Below, in pieces: positions 57,201 through 64,000 of a DNA stretch of 64,000 bases (the stretch's first letter is position 1; every line of letters starts with the position of its first letter). Origin of the DNA: an uncultured Porphyromonadaceae bacterium (GTDB taxonomy: Bacteria; Bacteroidota; Bacteroidia; Bacteroidales; Muribaculaceae). The position numbers were made by a program, and so were the translations under genes. The stretch is from assembly GCA_947177615.1 (NCBI GenBank), contig CAMWUY010000001.1, forward strand, positions 12,828 through 76,827. The letters are read 5' to 3'. A model generated the notes under the pieces. The model had not been told where the DNA came from, searched no databases, and worked only from the letters and a program-made list of their open reading frames with translations.

Positions 57201-58671
57201 CAGCAATCTGTTCCCCACTAATTTTGACATTAACAGGGATTGCTTCAGTGACTTTATTTTGAATTTTGGTAATTTCACCAACTATCGGAACAACAGGAGC
57301 CTTGGCTGTAACATTGATTTTAGATAGATTTCCTACAATGTCAAGAGCCAAAGGTTTTGCGGTTTTAGCGGCAGTTTGGGCAGCGGCAGTGGACTTTCCC
57401 TGAAGGGTTCTGACAATATTCTCTTGCTCTGCTCGGTTAGCTTGGTAAGCTGCCAATGTTTTAGTGTCACGAGTTATTTGTCCTTTTATTGCTGGAGTCC
57501 GCTGATCTTCCGGAATAGCTCGATTTGCATCAAGACGCGACTGGATGGGGGCGATCTTCTCATTCCATGCTTTAATCTGTTTCTGGGCGTTAGTGAGCTT
57601 TGTTTTCTCATCTTTGGTAAGAGCAGAAACAAGACTGGATGGTTTGCCAGTTTGAGCCTTAGTATCTTTTGGAGTAAACGGAGCAACAACGGCTGCACTC
57701 AGGCCCGCAAGACGTTTGAGTTGAGCCTCAGCAGCTGCAAAGCCCTCAGTATTCAATATTGGATTAATATTGAAGGTGCCTTGTGATTGTAAGGCCTTTA
57801 ATGAAGTCTGGATTTGCTCTATAACAGTCAATGCACCACCAGCACCAGTAGCATTGCCCCTGATGTTAACTGTAAGAGCCTTACTTTTTGCGTCACCAAA
57901 TGCTTTTTTCCATTCTCGGATAACGGCTGGAGTAACATTGGTAAGTTTTGCCGGCTGGGATGTGGCGGTTGACTTAGAAGTAGGGGCAGATACAATTTTT
58001 GATTGTGCCTTTGCAGCCTTCGCTTGTTGAGCAGCTGTTTCCTTTTCAAGTTTTTCCGCAACAGCAAGTTCAGCTTTACATTGCTGAATACGCTGTTGAT
58101 ACATTCTTTTTTGAGCCTCTAAGTTTGTAAGTCTCTCTTGGTAAATTGCCTGTTGTTGAGCTGTGGCTTTTGCTAATCCATTTTTATTCATCTGGATCAG
58201 ACCATCACGACCCCTTACAACACTGCCATTTTTATTTTTTTTGGGTGTACCTAAGAGCTTATCTAACTCTTTATTATACGCCTCAATATCCTTCTTTATG
58301 GCTGCAACTGATCTGGTTCCACTAAGAGCAGAACCAATACCTTTTTGAGCTGCTTTTGTGCCAGCGGGATTTCCTGAAAGAGCCTGGAATATTGCCGTGT
58401 GCATTTCTGCGGCGGCACTCCGGACTTGCGTAACCATTGCTCGCAACTGATTATTAAAAGCACCTACGTCAATTTTAGGTGCAAATGTCATTTGCGAGTT
58501 TTGTTTGAGCTGATATACCGACTGGCTGACCTGAGTGATCGCTGTTTTAAGCGTATTCATTGGGCCTTCAAATTCTTTCGCAATATTCGCAATAGATTGA
58601 AGCCCCTCGGCCGCCTTGGTTACATCAGCAATAATGTCATACCTGACGATGTAATCTTTATAATCTGCCAT
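51205..58671 (-). CDS. tape measure protein (TP901-type core), 2488 aa
   Basis: T.FSA.EVA.A..FLAMAG, LA.....DL...AD, GN.GIQ.S.AGTALR. Confidence 0.92.
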   Translation of the reverse strand: MADYKDYIVRYDIIADVTKAAEGLQSIANIAKEFEGPMNTLKTAITQVSQSVYQLKQNSQMTFAPKIDVGAFNNQLRAMVTQVRSAAAEMHTAIFQALSGNPAGTKAAQKGIGSALSGTRSVAAIKKDIEAYNKELDKLLGTPKKNKNGSVVRGRDGLIQMNKNGLAKATAQQQAIYQERLTNLEAQKRMYQQRIQQCKAELAVAEKLEKETAAQQAKAAKAQSKIVSAPTSKSTATSQPAKLTNVTPAVIREWKKAFGDAKSKALTVNIRGNATGAGGALTVIEQIQTSLKALQSQGTFNINPILNTEGFAAAEAQLKRLAGLSAAVVAPFTPKDTKAQTGKPSSLVSALTKDEKTKLTNAQKQIKAWNEKIAPIQSRLDANRAIPEDQRTPAIKGQITRDTKTLAAYQANRAEQENIVRTLQGKSTAAAQTAAKTAKPLALDIVGNLSKINVTAKAPVVPIVGEITKIQNKVTEAIPVNVKISGEQIAASLKTITPTPILDVKIHLIPDGIQQQLQALSGQTKPITKTTPKTTTTTTPAATPHPVYTPPTFTAAEEKQLNTLAAKAGTLSTAQEKAAKAMASAKAKLDKSGGSNRAFDRYMATQREYGGIRKEYLDVQKQLKPLMFKQFQSTAQRALTDEEIVKGIGAQNIVNQLAAKKRLNATQKTQLAEANQTLAALRAPATPPTAPIATTPTPAATQPAKVKKAAAKNTITTTVDTKSIISQIQNIPRQTIPVAIKLMWERGAVGRQEQLKKITANIPPVTLNFETATAIAKLEEFVAKVRAASPQNIKLTATGVATNAAPATTVPPTQKAPTTVATPAKGKKTTAGGQKKPAVVDTTKGLAQTKLPSVALKLDTTAAVAALEEFVAKVRAASPQNIKLTATGVPPAGTQQNATAPATNTVPPVAPIVPPATGGTTQKSQKQSGHTGHQPLTAQERYNKQRQQSEDRARKQIADNRFRAAKRQEYTSQHQAWYNQQQALYNKLFGAASKPDPNWIYREQQQRASELAKMQEDARVAFAKPTPFEQKETAAHQAAVSQSIARKQQLANKLRAQARNAIIPWVANESQLNTVLKNRKFFKDAITLTGINPMSANTTSAQRLQYYHGVADWMRANNAPIPWQLEDQIQKLTAQQLKSAEAAVKVQQKADATTRHENSQRSIARHQQQAERLRAQAQNAMLPFAQSKEQLNMLTKHRRYFRQAVATTGIMPTPGMEAPQMLKYLQGVSTQMQKASVAVPWTLQSQINKLEGDVAKANGVGQPTQSRGTGMVPMRTGQPKPFFDRSRRWTYPFTGQTSFGVRTPMAVDMAKGMGVMFAIGGAMSAIGSSFSQAMEYQNTMRTTQAILQNGTDSYSQNSFKNMEATVRNVGVKTKFSAPEVASAARFLAMAGYDIDAINAAIRPIADLALIGDSDLGETADKMTNIMTTFQIAPDRMREAANIMATTATRSNTDLMMLAESAKYGGGVANMYGRNDPNLFADTMALFGVMGNAGIQASSAGTALRMMYQNLFKPNKNQKAVLDMMKQSYGITTLKEDGSYRSMSDILIEMAQRIPENQMASIVGNLFRITAQPGAAATLLAAAGGDKGVAQEIGTGIEAMSNKMSSKAGLSSLVSLMLANRNSVSGNISGAIAEEKQNTISGLWAQVTSTFTEGIVQAFENRQGGFEEMLKKLRDYLAKPETIQMMQNLLDMIIEIGKVMAWFVKIWASLYNAAPGLIKFWVTFQMGITQMGALIAPIISLIGVFDRLKGSIMALAGISSVGGATMTRNVAGRVVAGSAANAAITNAPFIVGPGKWGTNKVIRGNIATRAHNALAANAILAGELALSGANKQTTLAALNKETRQHYAAVRERAVRMYGPARAGRAFRAAATAVPTMASFAPMFGGLKSMLMGLLTGLAKAAGFLVNPVTLAVGAVAGLGYGLYKLKQRIDGTSEAQQRARVQANKAADQTHRELTKEGQWYQNMMNENIPEAAPVISSIDTTQIEKYNADKQKFNQLYATIFNDFSKDASKQSINDVTTKWKNVITANPAYSLAIGNARNYDFSRKHKQMEYNLHNDASNLGIALWNMWHADEDTAINQRNGMVQDALMIEGANDLRTQQAIREIAELRQKYLAGETTYKSESEYQQAAFAIRDRFMSQFTAKLPSAGMTPEQFQQTSNRSVYDQYQLGAQNLLDATINGQMGTLVGKMNAYQWLSDAKNRAQLYTDEWYNAISNIIGDYHVIYNAVSADGQQQANIELMLSTLPNGQLNFTNILDQIRAKVTNFNLTLQGFTDIIGTAYKMMAEAGIIDIKDVNSLQGQIRHQLTGAKYGDETPRQYYAQWIANNPNSEWVKAGITEKQYVDFVMGRSGNTLNLGNRVVTRSGEQQQMYSNISRKTANTIIEQNKHLTEKAKQFGNNNSGTQNTPAPKPTPAPAQDQQAYASHYDRAAARPTQVVFNINNLASFDRTTVASSAEERDLMAAMEDRIAGAVYQMFAEASNQAQRVMDLT
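56006..56339. repeat. perfect 67-bp direct repeat inside TMP (56006-56072, 56273-56339)
   Basis: Both copies encode LEEFVAKVRAASPQNIKLTATGV. Confidence 0.9.
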
Positions 58672-58781
58672 TGGTAGTAATGCTAAATGATTTGCTACCT
58701 ATTAATAGTCAAAGAGAAGCCCCAAGCCGTTTTTCAGACTTGGGGCGAGTGGTTCTTTGATACGCTTGAACCTATAAAATC

Positions 58782-60065
58782 TTAATCTATATCGTGTGAG
58801 ACCTCTTCTGATAGGAATCCACTATAGTTGACCGGGCCAATCTCCAGTTTTAATGAAATAGAATCGTTTTCAAGCAATTCATCATTCTCTAAGAATGTTA
58901 CGACTCGACCATTGATTTGATTTTTACCTTGTTTATTCCTCATCACTGAGTCCAGAATGGTATTGATAGAGTCTGTGATGATTGTGATGGAAGTGGCGCT
59001 GATATTATGGGTGCCCGGAATGTAAATGTGATTGCTATTCACATACGGAAGAAGGGCAGTACATAATGCTCGACGGCATTTGTGCATTACCCGATTGTTA
59101 GCAATCGTACTGAAATCCCCTTCGCATAGAGTCTGATCGGTGCTGAGAAAATATGATGCTTCCAGACCTTCATAATCAACTGGAATGATGTAGCCTCTTG
59201 ATGATATGGTGTTGGCCCAAACTCGATGTACGCTTTCCATTGGAGTGCCGGTACTGCCTACGCCCCATTCAGGATAATTGAACCCCTCGTTTTTATTGAG
59301 GTCACATTTTTCAAGTGATGCAATACTTTCTTCAGCACCACAAAGAGCCAAACAAGCCATTATTAAGCCCAAAGAACTTACTGGAGCCTGGAGAGGATTA
59401 CTACCTTGCATTTGACGTACTTCCTGAGACCCATTTTGGACTAATGCCACAGAAATCTTTGGGCAATTTAATTCAATCGCATTAGGCAGTTGCTTATAAT
59501 GAATCTGATCTCCACCTATATAATTGGTGTTTCCGCAAAGCATTATGTGAAGAGGTACCATAGTATGTGTAGAAACACCTATCTTGCCGTTAATTTCATC
59601 GGCCTGAGCCTGGAGATCAGTTATCAGTGGTGTGAATCCCATTGACCCATCAGACTTCTTATTCCATATAGGTTGAGAAGTCCATACACCAATATGAAAT
59701 ATCCGGCCACTGGCCTGTTGCTGCATATATTGAATCACATCCCAGTCTTTTGAGCAATCGGCTATTGCCACATATACAGCTTGATTATCACCCACAAAAT
59801 CAAAAAACTGAGCAAGATGGTAATAAATGAGATTGTTTAAGAATCCATCATTCTTAATGCCCAATAGAAGTGCATCATCCATATTTTTTATACACTGAAT
59901 TTGCCCGTCTTTGAAGTTATGATAGAGCAAAGGGAAGCCGTCAAATGGTTTTTCAAAACCACTTGTATCAAATAGGAAAGCCCCCACACTTTCATCAGTA
60001 GGGATATTGAAGGTTAAATCTGGAGTCTGTTTCGGTCCAGTATCTATGTAACTGAGTTGTGCCAT
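58782..60065 (-). CDS. tail sheath-like protein, paralog 2 (DUF2586-like)
   Basis: Colinear similarity to 61427..62797 (YH...FF, QIG/HIGVWT, GY.F/IP..Y.GLE.S.F.S.DQTL, RVMHK.RR). Confidence 0.8.
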   Translation of the reverse strand: MAQLSYIDTGPKQTPDLTFNIPTDESVGAFLFDTSGFEKPFDGFPLLYHNFKDGQIQCIKNMDDALLLGIKNDGFLNNLIYYHLAQFFDFVGDNQAVYVAIADCSKDWDVIQYMQQQASGRIFHIGVWTSQPIWNKKSDGSMGFTPLITDLQAQADEINGKIGVSTHTMVPLHIMLCGNTNYIGGDQIHYKQLPNAIELNCPKISVALVQNGSQEVRQMQGSNPLQAPVSSLGLIMACLALCGAEESIASLEKCDLNKNEGFNYPEWGVGSTGTPMESVHRVWANTISSRGYIIPVDYEGLEASYFLSTDQTLCEGDFSTIANNRVMHKCRRALCTALLPYVNSNHIYIPGTHNISATSITIITDSINTILDSVMRNKQGKNQINGRVVTFLENDELLENDSISLKLEIGPVNYSGFLSEEVSHDID

Positions 60066-60093
60066 ATTGACTTTTTATAATAATAGTCCAAAA

Positions 60094-60124
60094 CAAGAAT
60101 AGGAGCCGTGAAGCTCCTATCTTG
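60094..60124 (-). terminator. terminator after the chaperone genes
   Basis: ataggagc / gctcctat. Confidence 0.7.
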
Positions 60125-60126
60125 AA

Positions 60127-60330
60127 TCATTTTGCACCTCCTGTTAGCATACCTACCGTATTGGCCTGTTGAACCATGAGCATTTGAGAATGTACCCAAT
60201 AGGCGTTTTCTGACCAAAAGGCAAAATCATCATCTGTCATTTCATTGAGGTCCAAATGAGGATAGTAGTATGTCATCAGTGCGAGGCGTTGTCTATAAAC
60301 ATCCTCTTTGCCTATTCGACAACGCTCTAT
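60127..60330 (-). CDS. tail assembly chaperone C-terminal extension (-1 frameshift product)
   Basis: The -1 frame after A AAA AAA reads IERCRIGKEDVYRQRLALMTYYYPHLDLNEMTDDDFAFWSENAYWVH...GGAK*. Confidence 0.8.
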   Translation of the reverse strand: MERCRIGKEDVYRQRLALMTYYYPHLDLNEMTDDDFAFWSENAYWVHSQMLMVQQANTVGMLTGGAK

Positions 60331-60746
60331 TTTTTTACCATATCGGCGTTGCGAGAGTCGATGATCTGGGAAAGCTGGCTCATTGTGCCGTAGAGGAAGA
60401 GATCCTCATCATCAACCAGTTCTTTGTCGCCGGCGAGGAAGATATTTGTTGCGAGCATTTTGTTGGCCTGAACCACATCCTTCTGAACGAAGTTCATATA
60501 CTGGCTGAAGTGCATAAGGCCGGGGCGACGCATATAGGCGATATACAGAGGCTTGTCATCACCCTCTTCGCCCTCAACGATGATAACGAAGATTTTACGG
60601 AGCTTGTGCTGGGCCTTCAGTTCTTCGGCCTTTTTGACGATTTCTTCACGGATCTCGATAGGCACGTTTATATTGCCAACGAGTTCGATTGCGGGAGCAG
60701 CCTGAGTCTCAGCTACAGCTTCTGCATTTTTCTTTTCTTTTGCCAT
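60327..60746 (-). CDS. tail assembly chaperone
   Basis: Follows the tube gene; AY.R.P, GDKEL.DD..LF; ends VKK* on a slippery site. Confidence 0.8.
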   Translation of the reverse strand: MAKEKKNAEAVAETQAAPAIELVGNINVPIEIREEIVKKAEELKAQHKLRKIFVIIVEGEEGDDKPLYIAYMRRPGLMHFSQYMNFVQKDVVQANKMLATNIFLAGDKELVDDEDLFLYGTMSQLSQIIDSRNADMVKK

Positions 60747-60892
60747 TGTGTTGGTTATTTGGTTTTGATGTTAAAATAATCAGTTTGACGTTTTGAGCGT
60801 CGTCAATATATAATAGTAAACCTTGAAAAAAATATGAGAGAGCAACCGTTTCCGACTGCTCCCTCCAACTGATAGTATAACAAGAAAACCGA

Positions 60893-61393
60893 TTACGCTC
60901 CACCGTAGAGCTCGTGTGACCAGCTCATGTTGGCATTGCTCTGGACCTTGCCGGTGTAGATACGATGCGGATGGAGGTCGAACTCTCGTGTGATAGAGGT
61001 ATCGTCCTGGCTTGCATCCATACCACCTTCTGCCAGAATACAGCCTGCAAGTGTGACTGTTTCTGTGGTGACATTTGCGGCCACGTCATTGACCCAAGAG
61101 ATGATGAGGTTGAACTCACCAAGGCCAAGGAGTGTGCCGTCGGTAGAACGGTCGCGGAGGTCAACCTGAGTGCCATAAGGCAGTGTGATACTTGCCTCAT
61201 AGGTCACGTTACCGAAACCACGCTTACGAGGCTGGCCACCGAGTCCGTAGATAGACTCGATCTTACGTTTGGTGTCCCACTTGATAGCGGTACAATCAAC
61301 GAAAATCGGGTTCTGAGCACTCTCACCATCGAGGTTGGTCTGAAGCTGAATCATTGACCAACTGTATGCTACGTTATTGATTGTTGCTGCCAT
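60893..61393 (-). CDS. tail tube protein
   Basis: IN...YSW..I, YG.G..P..RG.GN..YEASITL; follows the sheath gene. Confidence 0.85.
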   Translation of the reverse strand: MAATINNVAYSWSMIQLQTNLDGESAQNPIFVDCTAIKWDTKRKIESIYGLGGQPRKRGFGNVTYEASITLPYGTQVDLRDRSTDGTLLGLGEFNLIISWVNDVAANVTTETVTLAGCILAEGGMDASQDDTSITREFDLHPHRIYTGKVQSNANMSWSHELYGGA

Positions 61394-61426
61394 TGTTGTA
61401 ATATATTAGTTAGTTAAACATTGGCT

Positions 61427-62797
61427 TTAGATGGAGTTGGAGAAGCCCTCAGTGACCTTGATCTCACCTGTGACACCCAGCGGTACAAGGCTATAGTGGA
61501 TGTCTATAGCGTCGGTGTCAAGCACGTTCTGATCAGGATCAATCGTGCAAGTGCGTCCGCTTACCTGGGGTTTTGAGGTGCCGGGTTCGACCATATTCTT
61601 ATCCAAAGCCTCGATAACGATGTTCTGGAACTCTGCTACGGCAGAAGCCGAAAGTTTGCCGGAAGTGATGTCAACTTCAACATTGGAGTTGACGCGGGGA
61701 AGAAGCGCCCTACGAACTACGCGACGGCTCTTGTGCATCACTCGACAACGAGCGAGAGTGCGATAGTCGCCGGTGCTGAGGGTCTGGTCGCTGCTGAAGA
61801 AGATACTGTTTTCAAGACCGTCGTAGTTCACAAGGAACACATAGCCATTCTTGTGAAGGTAAGTGTTACGTTTGGTATAACCGAGAGTCTTGATATTGGT
61901 GAAGGAAGATTCAGCAGCATAGGCTTTGTTCTCTGCGTCCTCGACGAGATTACCAAAACCAAGCTCTGCATCCTGCATCACAGCAGCGAGGTTGAAGCTG
62001 GCGACATGAGCGATACTTTCATTGGCCGGAGCGACTGCAAGACAACCGAGGGCTGCACCTACACATCCTACGGGAACATAAGATGCTGTGTCAGCAACGT
62101 GGTTGACAGCATACATAAGCTCATGGACGGTATCGGTGGGAGCCTGACCCAAAAGAACCGTTACCTTGGGCATATCCAGACCGCTCAGATCAGGAAGTTT
62201 CTTGATGTCGATTACAGCCTCATTGAGAATAGGAGCTGAAAGCAGCATATTGAGAGGTGCATTGCCCTCATAGTTGGTAATACCAACCTTGCCGCCCAGA
62301 ACTTCTGCAACAGCTTCGAGCTTTGCACAGACATTTCCGGCCTCCACAGAGTAGGAGCCATCCATATTCTTCTTGGCGATAGGCTTGCCAGTCCAGACAC
62401 CGATCTGATAGATAATGCCGCCGGATGCAAGCTGCATCAGTTCAACGGCCTCAAAATCGGGATCTTCATCGCTGTTCATGAATGAGACAAAAATGCGCTG
62501 AGTGCCGCCGGCCAGACTGAAGAAACTGTCAAGATGATATTTTGCAATACCAGCAAGAACAGTATCGTCAATACCGGCTTCAGCTACATCCTTAGTGGTG
62601 TTGAGCTCCACAACATTGCCGTTAGCAAAGGTCTGAGCAGCGAGTGTGTCCTTGCCCAAAGCCTTTTCAAGACCACCTACGATACTGGTATCGAAGATAA
62701 GGCCGACAACATTCTCAGTGCTAAGAAACACATTGCTATTGCGCTTGCCGTCAATGTCAGTGGTAAAAACTCCACCTAAATTTGTATTCGTAGCCAT
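61427..62797 (-). CDS. tail sheath protein (DUF2586-like)
   Basis: C-terminal RV..K..R.VR..LLP...IDP.QNVL....I......P.G. Confidence 0.85.
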   Translation of the reverse strand: MATNTNLGGVFTTDIDGKRNSNVFLSTENVVGLIFDTSIVGGLEKALGKDTLAAQTFANGNVVELNTTKDVAEAGIDDTVLAGIAKYHLDSFFSLAGGTQRIFVSFMNSDEDPDFEAVELMQLASGGIIYQIGVWTGKPIAKKNMDGSYSVEAGNVCAKLEAVAEVLGGKVGITNYEGNAPLNMLLSAPILNEAVIDIKKLPDLSGLDMPKVTVLLGQAPTDTVHELMYAVNHVADTASYVPVGCVGAALGCLAVAPANESIAHVASFNLAAVMQDAELGFGNLVEDAENKAYAAESSFTNIKTLGYTKRNTYLHKNGYVFLVNYDGLENSIFFSSDQTLSTGDYRTLARCRVMHKSRRVVRRALLPRVNSNVEVDITSGKLSASAVAEFQNIVIEALDKNMVEPGTSKPQVSGRTCTIDPDQNVLDTDAIDIHYSLVPLGVTGEIKVTEGFSNSI

Positions 62798-62803
62798 TAT
62801 GAA

Positions 62804-63169
62804 TTATTTTTTATTGTTGAAAAATTTGTTTTTGAGAAGTTTTGCGCCTTTCAGCAGATACTGGGGTGCGCCTTCGGGATGCACAAATCCCTTCGGGGTA
62901 ATCCAGATTTTTTCATACTGAGGATAGAGACGCATCAGCTCTGCTTCACGAGAAGAAATCTCTTCAACCGGTTCGCTCTCTGTCGAAGCCTTTTTAGTTT
63001 TGGCCGGCTTCTTGGCTTCAGGAGCTTCTTCGATTTCTTCGATTTCATTTGACGGCTGTGTTTCCTGCTCTGGAGTGGGTTCTGAGGGGGCTGCCTCTTC
63101 TCCGACCTGAACATCAACCACAACTGCATCTTCGGCTTTCGCTGTTTCGGTTTTTTTGCTTTTACCCAT
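62804..63169 (-). CDS. hypothetical virion-associated protein
   Basis: Between the capsid and sheath genes. Confidence 0.6.
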   Translation of the reverse strand: MGKSKKTETAKAEDAVVVDVQVGEEAAPSEPTPEQETQPSNEIEEIEEAPEAKKPAKTKKASTESEPVEEISSREAELMRLYPQYEKIWITPKGFVHPEGAPQYLLKGAKLLKNKFFNNKK

Positions 63170-63226
63170 AGTTGTGAAAGATTTGAGTAAGGCGGCTTTT
63201 ACACCGCCTTACAGAGTTGTGTTTGA

Positions 63227-64000
63227 TTACGCGGCATATTTGAACGGAATGTGAGCCGTGATTTCCGACGGGCGCACGATGTTGACGTCCATTTTGAGAA
63301 GAACCTTGAAGAAGTAGAGTTCAGAGTTGTTCTGGAGCTTTTCAACCTGAAGGACATTCTCATCATTAGCGTAGTCAACACCCATCCAGAGATTCGAGTC
63401 AACGCCGGTAGTGAATACACCCATAAAGATGGTGTCGTTGGGAAGAGCGACCATAGGAATGATGCGCTTGCCCTGGAAGCGGTGTTCGTTCTCCTTGCGG
63501 TTGTCGCTGTACTTGACGGTCTTAGCCGAGAGATACCTGTTATAAGCATCCCAGGACTTGTAGTCCATAAGGATGACGAGACCGGCTTTCTTGCGGATCT
63601 TGGGGGCAGTAGCTTCCCACATCGCGTAAAGCTCTTTCTCGACAGCCTCACCATCGGCAAATGTGCCGGTGCCAGCGATATTGACCTGACCACACTTTGC
63701 ATCTTCCGATGTTGCAGCAGCGGCGGCGTTCATGAGTACACGGGCGATAGCACCGTTAAAATACTTCATGGGACCTGCATCTGCATCACCACCGATTTCA
63801 GTTGCACCAGCGGCAACTTTGCCATCGCTGCTTGAAATCTTGGCACGTTCTGCGGCGGTGGCCGAACACCAGATTGCCTGATTGATGTATTCCTGTTCCT
63901 GCTCCATAAGCAGACGGATCATGGTCGCCTGAACCTTGGGGTCGAGTTCGCGGAACACCAGATTGCCCTTCGGCTGGAACGGCTTGTAATACTGCTCGAA
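63227..64000 (-). CDS. major capsid protein, 5'-truncated by window edge
   Basis: Frame open to 64000 (FEQYYKPFQPKGNLVFREL); SNLW.GVD...D, ELYFFK.L.K.D.NI. Confidence 0.8.
   Translation of the reverse strand, partial: FEQYYKPFQPKGNLVFRELDPKVQATMIRLLMEQEQEYINQAIWCSATAAERAKISSSDGKVAAGATEIGGDADAGPMKYFNGAIARVLMNAAAAATSEDAKCGQVNIAGTGTFADGEAVEKELYAMWEATAPKIRKKAGLVILMDYKSWDAYNRYLSAKTVKYSDNRKENEHRFQGKRIIPMVALPNDTIFMGVFTTGVDSNLWMGVDYANDENVLQVEKLQNNSELYFFKVLLKMDVNIVRPSEITAHIPFKYAA

Noticed and set aside
1-64000. Alternative genetic code (TAG/TGA recoding as in some crAss-like and Lak phages)
   Set aside because: Code 11 gives full-length, tightly packed genes, and all three stop codons end genes

Overview
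The whole window is one large temperate, contractile-tailed phage of a Bacteroidales host, read in standard code 11 and with Bacteroidetes-type TTTG..TAnnTTTG promoters. It appears to be in the excised (attP) configuration. From left to right: small + strand accessory genes, including a DUF2829/Tad2-like gene split in frame by an HNH-AP2 nuclease; a tyrosine integrase with a tRNA-Phe-like att core; head adaptor, terminase and lysis genes; a replication operon (DnaQ, guanylate kinase, two-gene DnaE, primase, helicase, sigma factor, RuvC, SbcCD, gp32-like SSB, NinB-like); a ~900 bp structured non-coding region; class II RNR plus an orphan NrdG; a lipoprotein moron with a structured leader; baseplate and fibre genes containing a complete DGR; and tape measure, two sheath paralogs, chaperone with a -1 frameshift, tube and capsid genes. 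The most novel signals are: (1) DnaE split at its active-site loop by what looks like a catalytically dead split intein, (2) the Tad2::HNH-AP2 insertion with no splicing element, (3) two structured RNA candidates, and (4) a CTATTA late-promoter motif. All calls come from reading motifs by eye; no database searches were run.
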